A DNA stretch of 64,000 bases from Octopus vulgaris (lineage: Eukaryota). This document shows positions 41,853 through 55,465 of this stretch, piece after piece. Below the pieces are notes generated by a model that searched no databases, had not been told where the DNA came from, and saw only the letters and a program-made list of their open reading frames with translations. Within the stretch, counting starts at the first letter, position 1; the number at the start of each line of letters is the position of its first letter. The position numbers were made by a program, and so were the translations under genes. Where the stretch lies: contig OX597818.1 in the NCBI GenBank assembly GCA_951406725.2, forward strand, positions 96,224,001 to 96,288,000, read 5' to 3'.

Positions 41853-42139
41853 AGATGTACTTGCATAGCAAGTGACTTGATCTGAGCTCGTGTGCTGGAA
41901 CGAAAACAATTGCAGCGTGGAAGGTGTTTATAAGCTATTTAAGAAACACACAAAAACCGTTAGATTCACTTCAACATTTAGATTTAATTTGTCAAAATGC
42001 AGCACGAAGTTTTGTCAGTGAACAGTTCGCGGTCTCCAAGCGACGAAAATATTTTGACAAATTCAATTTAAATGTTGAAGTGAATCTAACGGTTTTTGTG
42101 TGTTTCTTAAATGGCTTATAAACACCTTCCACGCTGCAA
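41853..42139. mobile_element. Fold-back element 5 with a variant hammerhead
   Basis: 89-bp arms 41910-41998 and 42051-42139, 52-nt loop, probable one-sided tail at about 41853-41909. Confidence 0.75.
42011..42061 (+). ncRNA. Minimal type I hammerhead with G3-C8 swapped core
   Basis: UUUGUCA-GUGAACA-G-U-UCGC-GGUCUCCAA-GCGA-C-GAA-AAUAUU-U-UGACAAA; 7-bp stem I, palindromic stem III. Confidence 0.65.
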
Positions 42140-42441
42140 ACAAATAATCTATCTTATAAACAGGCCATGACAATGAATCGGCAAAATTAATTTTAATTAA
42201 CCTGTCAATTAATTTTTGACCACATGAAATGTTCCTCTTTTATTTAATTATTTATTTATTTGTCTCCTGTTACGTAAACGATTAAAAACCTTCCTATTTT
42301 TACAATCTGAAAGTTTCGTTAGTGTTCGGTTTGATGTACTGGAAACTACACATGGGAAACTTCGGTTGTATTTGTTCACTGTGTGAGAGTCTCCCATGAA
42401 AGTGAGTAAAATGTATGTACATATGTAGCAATTAGCCTTCA

Positions 42442-42473
<32 letters not shown>

Positions 42474-42811
42474 GCCCCACCCCCATTTATATATGCGGAT
42501 GCGCACACACGCAAACTGCTAGGCTAATTCATGACTGTCTTATTTAGTAGCTCATCTGAGCTGCTGATTGAGAAAAGAAGTAGGATATATCTCTGGGGAG
42601 CGGTCAAATATATGAGACCGTCCTTCAGGAAAATTCTTCACTCTTTAACACCCACACATCAATAGCAAGAAAGAATGCTGCCCTAACGACTGAGTCATTG
42701 CGCCTCCATATACACATTAGCGAATTGCTAAGTCATCCAATAATTAGAATGACGAAAAAAACGCATACTAATAGCGAGGCAGGTCCGAAAAAAGCCCAAC
42801 AATCGAGCGGG

Positions 42812-42860
42812 CTTCACTGATGAGACAACGGAAATGGCCGAAACTGACGTCAGTATTAAG
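42812..42860 (+). ncRNA. Type I hammerhead, core intact, stems partly decayed
   Basis: CUUCA-CUGAUGA-GACAACGGAAAUGGCC-GAA-ACUGACGUCAGU-A-UUAAG; 12-nt palindromic stem III, GUA triplet. Confidence 0.65.
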
Positions 42861-42928
42861 AATTTTTCGATCGGCATTTTTCGAACAATTACGCGGTCCC
42901 TGTTAGTGTATGCTTTCATTCATGTGCG

Positions 42929-43002
<74 letters not shown>

Positions 43003-44026
43003 ACACACACACACACATATATAATCGGCAATTTATAAAGCAATTTTGATATCCACCTTAACGCGGACGTCCTGTTTGAACACCGAAACTGTTACATTCG
43101 CTTTGAGAGCCCTTCTCATACAGGTATATGGTCACCGGTCTCTGCCTCTGAAGAAGTGCAGTATATTGGAATCACGTGACCTGGCAGTTACGGCGCCCTA
43201 CCTGACAATTCTCGGCTGCTACGATATATATCTGTGCTTTGATGCAGCATGCACCTAGTTAAGAGGAACGCATATGTATATATGATTATATATATATATA
43301 TATATATAAAACTGAAATGCGTTTTTACCGCTTGGATCGCTTTCAATGCCACTACATCCCGTCCGATTCGCTCCCAAATTTACAGGGACATGTAGAATGA
43401 GGTGACGATGCCCGTGGGCTACCTTAGAAATCCTTATCTTGAAAGGTGTGGTTGCTAGGGGCCATCTTCCTCACTCACGCTATTTCCTCTTTTCCCTCTC
43501 TTACTCCCCTTCATTTATAACTTTGAGATATCCACTCCCGTTATTTAATGTATTCCCCTCAACTCCCTTTCACTTTCCCTTTATAAGTTCGTCAAACGGC
43601 TTTCTTTGATGTATCTGTCTGCATTCATAGGGAGAATTATCATCGCTACCAACAACACGCAATCATGAGAACAAATATTATGAATCAGATATTCATTGCG
43701 TTCATTTATATATGTGTGTGTGTGTGTGTGTGTTCGTTATATAAATATATATATATATAAATGTATATATACAAAGTGTATATATCTGTATTTATGTATA
43801 TTAAACTTTTTAATACTTTTTGATAGTTATATATATTTTTAAACAAATTATAAATATAATTTAATAATTTTTATTTTAAATTTAAATAATTAAAATTTTT
43901 CAATTTTATATATTTTCTATATTATATTTTTATTTTTATGTTTTTGTTTTTGTTTTTTTTGCCTATTAGTGGTTTTATCTCTAATTTAATTTATACATAT
44001 ATATATATATAATTTATATATATAAT

Positions 44027-44065
<39 letters not shown>

Positions 44066-44118
44066 ATGTGTGCATTATGTGGTCGGTCGGTTCAGCTGAA
44101 AATATGCACACCTATGAA

Positions 44119-45204
44119 CCCTTTCGTTACTATATTTCTGACCAAAATACACCCCTTATGTGTTTTAATTAATTTCTAACATAATCATAAAGTTAGTCTG
44201 GTTTCATTAAACAACTATAACTTTTTTATTTATCAATATATTAATGTGATTTTTGGAAGATAGTTGAATGAAATGTTCTCAACCAATTCTATACCATAAT
44301 TTTTGTCACAAAGTGACTCTAATTGCAGGTATATACAGGTAAATTCAACAAAATATAAAATTATTAAAATTTTGTTCAAACATAGCTATAGAAAATGGGT
44401 TATTAGCTAATATTCAATTGGGTATACAACAAAATTTTGCGATTGAATTTGTTATTCTGGGTAACTTTCTGATACCCATAATAATATTTATGGCAAAATA
44501 GTCTTAATTTCATTTAAGGTTGTGGAAAACCACTAACTATCCTTTCTTTCGCTTTGTTTACATTTAGCGTAACGGTTCGTTTCCGCCGTAATGATTTCAA
44601 ATAGGCTCATTCGAAAAAGTAAAAAGAAATAGTCTAAGGCTTTATTCTCCTGGGAAAGTCTGTGGCTTGGTCCAGTTTCTTCAGAAAAATCACCGAAAGA
44701 AACAGTTTTTAAATTTTCACTCCATTCAGGTGCCAATTCATTTTCTTTATCGCTGTCGGAGCTCTCGGATTCACTGTTTTCACTTTCGGAAAATGAAACA
44801 TCAGATTCATTATCAAATACCACGTGCTTTTTTTTTCAGTCATAGAGTTAGATTTATCAAGGTCTTCAGTAAAAAATCCTTTGAATTCTGACTCGCTGCT
44901 TGATATGATGAAATTCGTATCCATTTTTTGTCAGAATTACAAAGTTTGAAAACACAATAGGAACAAATTTTGGAAAAAAATCTCCCAAAATTCACGGAAT
45001 TAAAATTACACTTCGATTGTTGTACAAAACTGTAGATGAACTGTTTACGAAGTATAATCACGTGTTTTCACGAATGTAATAAAGAGATTTGCTCTGATAT
45101 TCTCATTTAAATATGAATAGGTAAATACGGGCGGGTTTGGGCGGTTTGGTCACATTAACCAAAATTTGTTTCGGGCGGCTTTGGGCGGTTTGGTAACGAA
45201 AGGG
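44119..45204 (-). mobile_element. Internally deleted piggyBac transposon
   Basis: TIRs ccctttcgttac / gtaacgaaaggg; TTAA at right, TGAA at left; subterminal direct repeats gggcggtttggt. The frameshifted N-terminus at 44533-44924 has an acidic tract and LDYFFLLF..LFEII.AETNRYA. Confidence 0.85.
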
Positions 45205-45964
45205 TTAAAAGTGCTGCAAGTTTGCATGACAACTATTTTTTCCTCAAATGAAAGGCGTCACCTCTAGGACAAAATTCCTCATCTTATAAAATGTGGCCCC
45301 AGTAGACCCGAATGAAATCGGGTTATATTAACTAAAAGGTGAAAAGGGGTATAAGTGGGGCTGGAAGGGGATTAAAATTTAAAGGAGCGAGTGTTTAGGA
45401 ATTCTCTGTTACATCAAACTAAAAAATTTGCGCCAGCCTTTTAATCTTCAATGTGTTGCCGTCTACGATGAAGAGGTTTTGAATGCTTGCCATGGTGAGT
45501 CTACTGTCGTGAGAAAGAATCACTTCAAAACTTGGTGTTTACGAATTTTCTTTTACATCAAGTTCAAAATTTTACCCCAGCCGTTAAACTGTCAATACGT
45601 TGCTGTCCGTCGTTAAGAAATGCCAGTCATGGTGACTCTACTATCCTCAGATTCTATCCCTTCAAACTTTGCTTTCCAATATTTTATTATTTTTATTCAG
45701 CTCGCAAGTTCGTCTGTCCCTTTTAAATGTTAGCGTTTTGCTGTCTGCCTTGAAGCAGACCTTTCCGTTGCCACTGCCTGATATTTAAGATTGATCTTTC
45801 TAAATATGTTATTTCTCAACTTACTCAAGATCTTTTGTTGTTTATAAATGGGAGAGAGATAGATAAAGATAGAGAGTAAGAGAAAGCGAGGGAGAGTCCG
45901 AGAGAAAAGAAAAGTAAGAGAGTGGGAAAGTGAGAGAGAAAGGAGAGAGAAACAAAGAGGGAGA

Positions 45965-46275
45965 ATCATCATCATCATCATCGTTTAACGTCCGTTTTCC
46001 GTCCCAGCACGGGTTGGACAGTTTGACCGGGGTCTGGGAAGCCAGGAGGCTGCACCAGGCTCCAGTCTGATCTGGCAGTGTTTCTACAGGTGGATGACCT
46101 TTCCTAACGCCAACCACTCTGTGAGTGTAGTGGGTGCTTTTTTCGTGCCGCCGGCACAGGTGCCAGGGGGCTCGCAGCGGCAACGATCGGTTGGTGCTTT
46201 TTACGTGCCACTGGCACAGAAGCCAGTCAAGGCGGCGCTGCAATCGGCCACGTTGGGATGGTGCTTTTTACGTGC
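45965..46275 (-). mobile_element. SINE family C
   Basis: Reverse complement of the 16800-17205 structure. Confidence 0.8.
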
Positions 46276-46474
46276 TGAAAGGAAGCAACAGAAAGTAACA
46301 ACCACACTCTTACCCGCGCGTAGAGCGGGTCACCTTCAGCTAGTATATATATATATAATCTTTTATCGGATGTGATTATGCTAGCCACTACTATAGCATA
46401 TCTATAATGCTTACATAATTGACTGTGATTAACTAGATAAGTAATTATATTATAGTTAATTACATTTTATCTCC

Positions 46475-46570
<96 letters not shown>

Positions 46571-47373
46571 AGTCATATATCTTACAGACACACACTCACG
46601 CACATTTATAAACGTACATATTTATACACACGCGTTTATATATGTGCGTGCGTGTATGTACGGTTTACACATAAATGCAGATTAGAACTCTAATTATTAT
46701 TTTCTGTTCTATTGTTTAAATCTACAATTCTAACTTACATTAATTTTTTTTTTTTAAGGAGTTCAGTAAGTAACTCTCAACACCTTAATAGGATTAAATA
46801 ATTTTAATGGAATTAAGATTCATTAAGATACATTATCAACGTAATTATTTGCGTTATATCCACGATAATTACGTTGACAATTATTGCCTATATTCACAAT
46901 AAGCGACAATAATTTAAAATAGTAAGAGCTGCCAGCAACAATATCTATTCTGAAATTGTAATCATTTCATTATCTCATATTGTTAATGCCCTTGTAAAAT
47001 TAATGAATATCACAACATACCAGGTGGTTTTTCTGAAACTAGGGTTTTGTGTACTTAAGCAAGAAATCAATAATTTTATTGTTTGTATGTTAGTGTGGAT
47101 ATTGATTTTTTCCGGTCTATTATTAGCATCTATTTTGTGTATTGAAGCACATTTTTACTTATATTCTGTATCCCTTTTGATATTATAGATGTATAATAAG
47201 CTTTGATGCGGTACACATTATATAATATATATAATATATGATATACATTATTTTGATAATCTTTTGATAATAAATTTACTTCATGCTGTTGTCTATCTGA
47301 CTCGCTTTCTCTTTCGTTGTGTCTTATTTTCTCTCCTGCTTTCTCTTTACCCGTGTGTGAGTGTGTGTGCGTG

Positions 47374-47450
<77 letters not shown>

Positions 47451-49285
47451 ACGTATAAATACACACACATATGTATAAACATAGTATATACGATGCCGGT
47501 TGTACTGACAATCCATTCATAATATGTTAAAATTTCCCTTACGGGGTGGAGCGAGAGAGATAAAGAAAGAAGAATAGGTAGATGGACAGATAGATGGAGA
47601 AAGAAAGAAAGAAAGAAAGATAGAAAGAAAGCAAGAAAGAAAGAGAGAGAGAGAGAGGGTGGGAGAGAATGGTGTGAGCAGGAATCTTGCATTAACTGTT
47701 AGCCACTCTAAATAGAATAAGATGTCTTCTAAATTTGGATTTTAAGATTACGTTAATTCACGCTTGACTTAATGTGCTAAAAAACAAAACAAACAAAAAC
47801 AAACTGAAATAAAAAAAGAATCAAAGCAAAAAAAAAGTGAATCTGACCTTTGTTTCAGAGACGGATATCAATGACCTGAGTTCCGTCTCATCAGTATCGT
47901 CTTGTCTTGCTCAGTGAAAAGTACATTCAGTATAGTATTGTCCTGTAAATTAGCAACGGCAACCAGATTTAGAATTCAGTCAAGTTTTGTTTTCGAGTTA
48001 GTAAATCTGGTATTAAAATTATTACGCTCTAATTTACGTTAGTTCTATTAGATTTAAACATATGAGTAGGTTTTATTTGAGGAAAATATGGAATCAAACG
48101 ATGAGAATGAATTTCAGGAATTAGTTGGAATTTATAATTTAGATTTACTTCGAGAGAAATTTCGCTGTGAGTAGTTTGATCATTTTACCGCGACGAACGA
48201 TTATTCATTTTGCCAATAACATTGATCATACAATGGATGCTGTATGATCATAAGATGGATACTGTTTATAAACTGATTCAAAGAATTAGATTTAAAGATT
48301 ACAGTTGATAGGAATCTAAGTGTAAGTCAATTTGTTAAGCATAACTTCCGATTTAGGCACAAGTAAATAACACCTTTATAGTTAACTTCATGAGAAATTA
48401 CAGTACATTAATAACATTTCAAACCACTCTCCAATAGTCCTGAAAAACTTAGTTACATCAGTATGCACATATCCAACATATCGTCTGATGAGGAATCAGG
48501 CGTTTGATCATGCCACTCGCTACTCCAATGACGGATTAACGGGTTAAAACAGTGTTTTGAAACACAGAATACATTACATATAGAGCAATACTAATATTCT
48601 CAAATACAAAATTGGAGACGTAAACGTATATGGTAAAATTATTTTTATAGCTTACAATGTCGTACTAAAATAGGTAAAAAAATCTAATCGTAAAGTACTG
48701 CCAGCCAAAATATATTTCGATGTCTTTTCGAGTTTTATTCTTAGGTTGTGACATTTTGTTTAACGTTTAAACTACCCGACTGTGAAGAGTAGGCGGAGTT
48801 ATGGTTTAAGAAACTTCATATTTTAACAAAATATATGCACTCTGTTTTATGCATTGAGTACTTTTATCCATTTTTGTGACTCAGACTTTCAGTAATCCAT
48901 ACACACATGCGTGTATAGACACGTGTATACACACACATGCATACACATATACATATATATGTATGCACATACACCCACACACCCACACATACACACACAA
49001 ATAAATTGATAGAAGGAGAAAGGAAAGAGTGACTGTGGTTAACCACAAGCTCTGTTTACACAAGGTGTCTAAATTTATATTCGTTGAACGAAAACATATA
49101 AGCTGATTTTCAATTTATTCCCGCACACTTCATTCTACTTCAATACTTTAATTAATTTATGTGCATAGTCATTGAAGTAACTGATATGTAAATGAATGAT
49201 TTGGGTGTCTACTGTTCATAGCACTTTTAATAAATAATTCTGTGGTCATTTCCTCGCAGTGTTGCTGCATAATTATTAATGTTGC

Positions 49286-49373
49286 CACTACTAATCGTGA
49301 TGATGTCACTACTAATCGTGATGATGTCACTAATGATCGTGGTGATGTCACTGCCGATCATGATCACGTCACT
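49286..49373. repeat. 21-bp minisatellite, about 4 units
   Basis: actaatcgtgatgatgtcact repeated, decaying rightwards. Confidence 0.85.
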
Positions 49374-49667
49374 CCCAATGTTGTGGTTGAGGTTATTTTT
49401 GTTCTATGGTTTGCGTAAACGAACTTGTTAACTACGCAACCATGTTTTAAATCAACAGGATGATTGCGGAGGTAATAATCACCTTCTCTTCACAGTGGGA
49501 TTGGTGCTTCACCGTGCCGTATGATACGCTAGCCTGCCATACGATGTCCAGCATACCTTGGAGGTAATATTTCGGGGCCTATATTAGCGCGGTGTATTGC
49601 ACTGCTTGCAATTTCTTGGAGACATAAACTGAGGCACAAACACCGACTGAATAAGCTCAAGTGATAC

Positions 49668-50110
49668 TTGCAGAGGTTAATGAGAACTTGTTATGAGAAA
49701 CAAAGCACTCTTCTTAAACATTTGAAGCGCATCCACCATATTTCTTCTCTCGCAATTGCTACCATAAATATGATTCATTCTTGCCAAAGGAAAGTGATGG
49801 TTCGATCTTTAAGGCAGTCTCAGCTGATAACTAGATTAATCCTGAACATGATAAGAGATGATCGACATAAACAACTCAGCCATACCCTACCCACTCGTCG
49901 TTCAACCTTCTCTCGTCCTTCTTGGTGCGTCCAAACACCTCGACCTCGAACTAGCCATTATGTCCAGTTCTTGCTTTCCCGAATGTTGGTCCCCTGGAAT
50001 CTCTTCCGCGCTCGTACCTTTCCTGCACGTGTTGACCTGTTACAGTTTAAACAGAAAATTAATGGCATCAAGGTCACCGGTCTCGAAAGCTTCCAGTGAT
50101 CATGGGCAAT
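49668..50110 (+). mobile_element. CR1/L2/Jockey-group LINE ORF2 C-terminal remnant
   Basis: RTSHYVQFLLSRMLVPWNLF..TFP..LLQFKQKIN fits the F..R....WN.L.....FK motif. Confidence 0.5.
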
Positions 50111-51455
50111 GATCCTTCTTCAAGACTCAACAAGACCCACCCATTCACACATCACTAATACACAGACATTGAATGACAGTGTACTGAGCAAGTCTGTAAA
50201 GCTGTGTGCATCTCGGAGAGGTTCTGTCGGTTGCTGGTGACTCCTACTCGGACTATGCAGTTTATTCTAACAAGCAATACTCGCATGGACTACTGTGAGA
50301 TTAAGGTCTTTTGGAAATTGTTCATAATACCAGATTTGAACGTCCTTCAGAGAGAGACTTACAGGTCTTATACTTGATGGTCCTCATCGACCTTCTGAAT
50401 CGTTTCCAAGCCATCATAGCACATACCCTCCACTAACCATATATAGAAATCAAGATTTAACTTTCCACCGACCACACGATTTAGCTGGAAGAGTACACTG
50501 AGTATCAAACAATACTATGGCAGCTCATCCGCATACAACTGATCGGCCGACAGCTAGGGTGAATCAGGGCTCTACACATCTTATTGGACTCACCTTTTTT
50601 TCTTTTCTCCCTTCCCCATTAAACGGGTAAGATTACCCTTCATTTGCTTCCCATATTCGCAAGAAAATGTTGGTAGAAAATTTTGCCCCTATAAAGGACC
50701 GCATGCTATCCAAACCTCCTTAGAACAAGGTAAGATTTTCGACCATCTTCGGAGGTGCAACCGTTGATGTGACAAGCAGTGTTGCTCGAATAGCAGCTTC
50801 TAGAATCTGAGTTACTGTTAGCTGGTTCTGCTGCTGTTGCTGCTGTTATTCGCCTTTCTGTCCGTAAGCACATACATGGAAACAGGGTTTTCTACCTTGC
50901 ATCACTAATCTCGTTTCTTAGCATGGACGTGTTTAAATAGGTAATTGTCCAATATGTTAAAAGCACTGTAAAATTTCTTTGACAGGCCAAACTTCACCAT
51001 CATCTTAAACAAAGAAGAATATATAAAATTTTCTATTCTTACGTAATCATTTAAAACGACTGAATCATCACTACCAAAATGCCTTTGAGCAGATGTTTAC
51101 TCGCTGAGGGTGATCCGAGGCTAGTCAACTACCATTAACACTACTACCACTACAACCCAACTCAACAACGGCAACGACCATGACGGTATCATTGTCGTTG
51201 TCATCCTTGGAGTCAGATGAGCGGGCTCTTATGCCTGAAAAAGCATAAAAGTATAAAACGATAAAAGCTGCAATTAAAAGCTCGTACAATGAAAATAAAT
51301 CTGCCAAAGGGAGAAACAGAGGAGAATATGCTGTTTCGGGTGATACCACTTATCAAGCGGAAGAAAATACTTAAGAGAGGCAAGAGTAAGAGAAGAAAAT
51401 GCACGATATCAAACTTAATAAGTCTGGTTAGATGACAGGTTTGAGGTAGAATATA

Positions 51456-51664
51456 CGAAGAGGTACTGAAAAGTCCCTGGCTTTGGGTAAAAGGAAATAC
51501 AGGAGGATCAGTTAATTATGATTTTATCCAACATATTCACCTCTCAGGTTCACACACTTATTTTAGCAGTCCTTCAGCTTTTCTGAGCCCTGTAAGAGAA
51601 GGTGGGACCTCCAGCGAGGTCTTTCACGTTGCTCTTAAAGCCAGAAACTTTTCAGCACCTCTCG
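51456..51664. mobile_element. Mariner-type MITE
   Basis: TIRs cgaagaggtactgaaaagtccctggcttt / aaagccagaaacttttcagcacctctcg, TA at the left end. Confidence 0.8.
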
Positions 51665-52189
51665 TGAATCCTGCGAACCGACCGGCGCCCGTTCATGTGG
51701 GCTGATGGATGAATATATACTCCACAGAATCTGGGAAACCGGCTTTATGAGCCTCTGTCTCGCAGGGGTGTGAAGAACTCAAGATTGCAAGAGATGGTTT
51801 CACAAACAGTTCCACAAACAGATTCACACGTATACAGATTACAGTTTCAGGAAAAACTCTTAAATAAGCAGACGAATAATATGTTACTTTCCTTTTAGAT
51901 AACGTGCATCAAAAATATTCGTTATCTGTCGTTATTATTTCAAAAAGAGTAGCGGGGAAGTTGATGAAAGCCTTATACGAAAACCGCTGCATCTACATCA
52001 AAAGGTTTCATATTGTTAACGTATATATTTAATATTATTTTTTTTCATTATCTTGTATATAAAAATAAAAATGTTTCGTTTATTTCATTGATTGCTTGAA
52101 AATCGATGGAACTTGAAACTGCCAGTCGCAGTTTATGTAATTCCAGCTTGAATAAAATTAATGTGTGCGTATGTGTGTGTGTGTGTGTG

Positions 52190-52233
<44 letters not shown>

Positions 52234-52608
52234 CAGTGTGTATGATTTGTGTGCGCTTGTATATTATGTAATATGTATCTATAATATATATATATGAACG
52301 CACACAACAACTATATGCATACATATATGTATGCATGCATGTGTATATTCATGTGCATATAGTGATGTATAAAAATATATATTTAATGATAAGTATAGCA
52401 TTTGTTACATATACAAGTGTGTACATATGCATGTATTTATTTATAAATCAGCATATTTAATGAGTTTTCTCTTAGCAGTTTATCGAAAACGGTAATATAT
52501 ATATGTATGTATACATATATGTATATATATGTATACATACATATACATACATACATACATACACGCATACACACACACACACATACACACACACATACAC
52601 ACACACAC

Positions 52609-52639
<31 letters not shown>

Positions 52640-52767
52640 TGTATGTATGTATTATGTATATATCAAACCCATCGAGTCCTAGGAAATCAGTCGAAAGATA
52701 ATCATAACGGTGCCAGACGATGGTGATGCTCCAGCATGACCGCAGGTACATGGCTGAAATAAATCGA

Positions 52768-52828
<61 letters not shown>

Positions 52829-52889
52829 TCTCTATATTTATCCCTATTCGTTTTCTCTTCCTTCGGGATGCAGCCTCAGCTGCGCTGGT

Positions 52890-53132
52890 TTATTTATACA
52901 TACATAAATACATACATAGATATGTACGTACACGTATATACAAACATACATGCGCATACATACACACACAGATACAAACACACACACATAAATACACACT
53001 TGCATGTACATACATGCTTACATAGATACATACATACATATATACACACACACATGCATACACAGATACATACTCATACATACATGCATACATACATACA
53101 TGCACACACATACATACATACATATATGCATG

Positions 53133-53163
<31 letters not shown>

Positions 53164-53427
53164 GCATGCATACATACATACATACATACATAATACATAC
53201 ATACACAGATACATACATACATACATACATACATTCATACACACGTACATACATACATACATACGTACGTACATACGTACATACATACACACATACATAC
53301 ATACACACATATATACATACATACATTCATACACACGTACATACATACATACATACGTACATACATACAAACACATATATACATACATACATACATACAT
53401 ACATACATACATACGTACATACATACA

Positions 53428-53461
<34 letters not shown>

Positions 53462-53660
53462 CACACATACATACATACACACATACATACATACATACAT
53501 ACATACATACATACATACATACGTACAAACACACATATATACATACACACATACATACATACATATATACATACATACATACATACATACATACATACAT
53601 ACATACATACATACGTACATACATACATACATACATACATACATACATACACGCATACAA
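52890..53660. repeat. Long (TACA)n compound microsatellite, one of many simple repeats in the window
   Basis: Directly visible; source of the HTYI/MYVC pseudo-ORFs. Confidence 0.95.
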
Positions 53661-54227
53661 AGATCTATTATTAACTTCAATTCCGAATCATGACAACTGG
53701 CATTCTGTTCTGACATGTGTCTTTTCTAACAACCAACAAAATGACATCGTTTGTTACATGATTGGCAGACATGTTCCTTTTAGGTGGCGTTGCTCTATTA
53801 TTAGCTTGCTTTGGTTCACGTAATATTGTGTAGCTAGCAAAACTAGCTTTAGAAACACAAACTCGGTTACAAATTGAATATTTGTGGGGAATATTTCCAT
53901 CTATGTCATCTTTTTTTCGCTTTTCGTTTCAGCTTTGCATGTCTAATGCAATTCTCTTCAAAATTCTCGGACGCATTAAATATATATTTCTCCATAGGGC
54001 CATATTTATTACTATTATTTCTCAATTTTCCAGGTGAACTTTACTTCTTGCTTTTTATACAGATTTAATTACCTGTTTTACATAGTAGTTTTTAAAAAGC
54101 GCTTGTTTCTCAGGTTTGCTTTTCGGGAGCCTCTATCTAAATACATACATACATATAGATATATACATACATACCTACATACATACATACATACATACAT
54201 ACATACATACATACATACATACATACA

Positions 54228-54261
<34 letters not shown>

Positions 54262-54374
54262 CATCTACATACATATGTATACATGTATATATATATACAT
54301 GTATGTATATAAATTATATATGTATATATTATATATGTATATATATATATTATATATAATTATATATTATATAT

Positions 54375-54462
<88 letters not shown>

Positions 54463-54496
54463 ATATATGTAGATGTTTTGCAAACAATTTGCACAA

Positions 54497-54825
54497 GCGT
54501 GGCATCTTGGGCAAGTGTCTTCTGCTATAGCCCCGGGCCGACCAATGCCTTGTGAGTAGATTTGGTAGACGGAAACTGAAAGAAGCCTGTCGTATATATG
54601 TATGTGTGTGTGTTTGTGTGTCTGTGTTTGTTCCCCTAGCATTACTTGACAACCGATGCTGGTGTGTTTACGTCCCCGTCACTTAGCGGTTCGGCAAAAA
54701 GATACCGATAGATTAAGTACTGGGCTTACAAAAAGAATAAGTCCCGGGGTCGAGTTGCTCGACTAAAGGCGGTGCTCCAGCATGACCGCAGTCAAATGAC
54801 TGGAACAAGTAAATGAGTAAATGAG
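54497..54825 (+). mobile_element. SINE family A, 5'-truncated
   Basis: Collinear with 60687-61107. Confidence 0.85.
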
Positions 54826-55357
54826 TATGAGTATGCAAGTGCTACCAGTCGAAAGCCCCGCATACCGGAAGCCAAAAGTGTATGGGCTCATCAGGAGAGA
54901 ATGCGCGCCGGCCCGCCTCACTGATATGAGGCCCTGCTTACAAACCAAATGGTTATCAAATAAAGTTTATTATTCTTCTAGCCAATTATGTATATACGTA
55001 TACATACATACATACATACATACATACATACATACATACATAATTTTATTTAATTTCTTCGCAGGAAGGATTAGTTCCACGAGTCGTGTTCTGTCCTCAC
55101 CTTCGAAACACGCTGGAGTTGAATTAGGGACAGCTGATGAAGGGGATTTTTCCTTGTATAGTTTGTCTTGTACTCTGTTTTTTTCGTTTAGGTCCGTTTC
55201 CACGTTTGTTTTTACGTTTTCGTTTCTCGTTGAGTTCTACGTCTATTTGTGGTGTCCTGTACTCACCTATATATATTTATATATGCATGTATATATACAT
55301 GTAGATGTAGGTACGTACATATATGTATGTATGCATATATTTTATTTATTACACTAT

Positions 55358-55464
<107 letters not shown>

Positions 55465-55465
55465 T

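Larger units (their letters stand above)
43290..46343 (+). mobile_element. Probable non-autonomous Helitron with nested piggyBac and SINE
   Basis: 3' hairpin acccgc-gcgtaga-gcgggt at 46312-46330 and CTAG|T at 46340-46344. The 5' end is only inferred from tatatataaaactgaa, similar to the start of the 5245 element. Confidence 0.55.

Noticed and set aside
47845-47896. Minus-strand CTGATGA-stem-GAAAC..GTC as a hammerhead or SECIS
   Set aside because: Three extra bases before GAAA, no stem I, and the helix is too short for a SECIS.
48482-48570. CTGATGAGGA hammerhead-like start
   Set aside because: No correctly placed GAAA, stem III or stem I partner.
50130-50760. Possible minus-strand RT remnant (YADE near 50530)
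   Set aside because: A single short motif; no other RT blocks could be aligned with confidence.
52868-53716. Long ORFs up to 268 aa, and similar ones at 12.0-12.6, 21-23, 25-26.7, 37.5-38.4 and 40-41 kb
   Set aside because: Translations of (TACA)n, (TA)n, (CA)n and (TATC)n, which lack stops in most frames.
55090-55150. GAAAC upstream of CTGATGA, suggesting a type II hammerhead
   Set aside because: No stem I can form between the putative cleavage site and the core; a competing ctgtcc/ggacag helix dominates.
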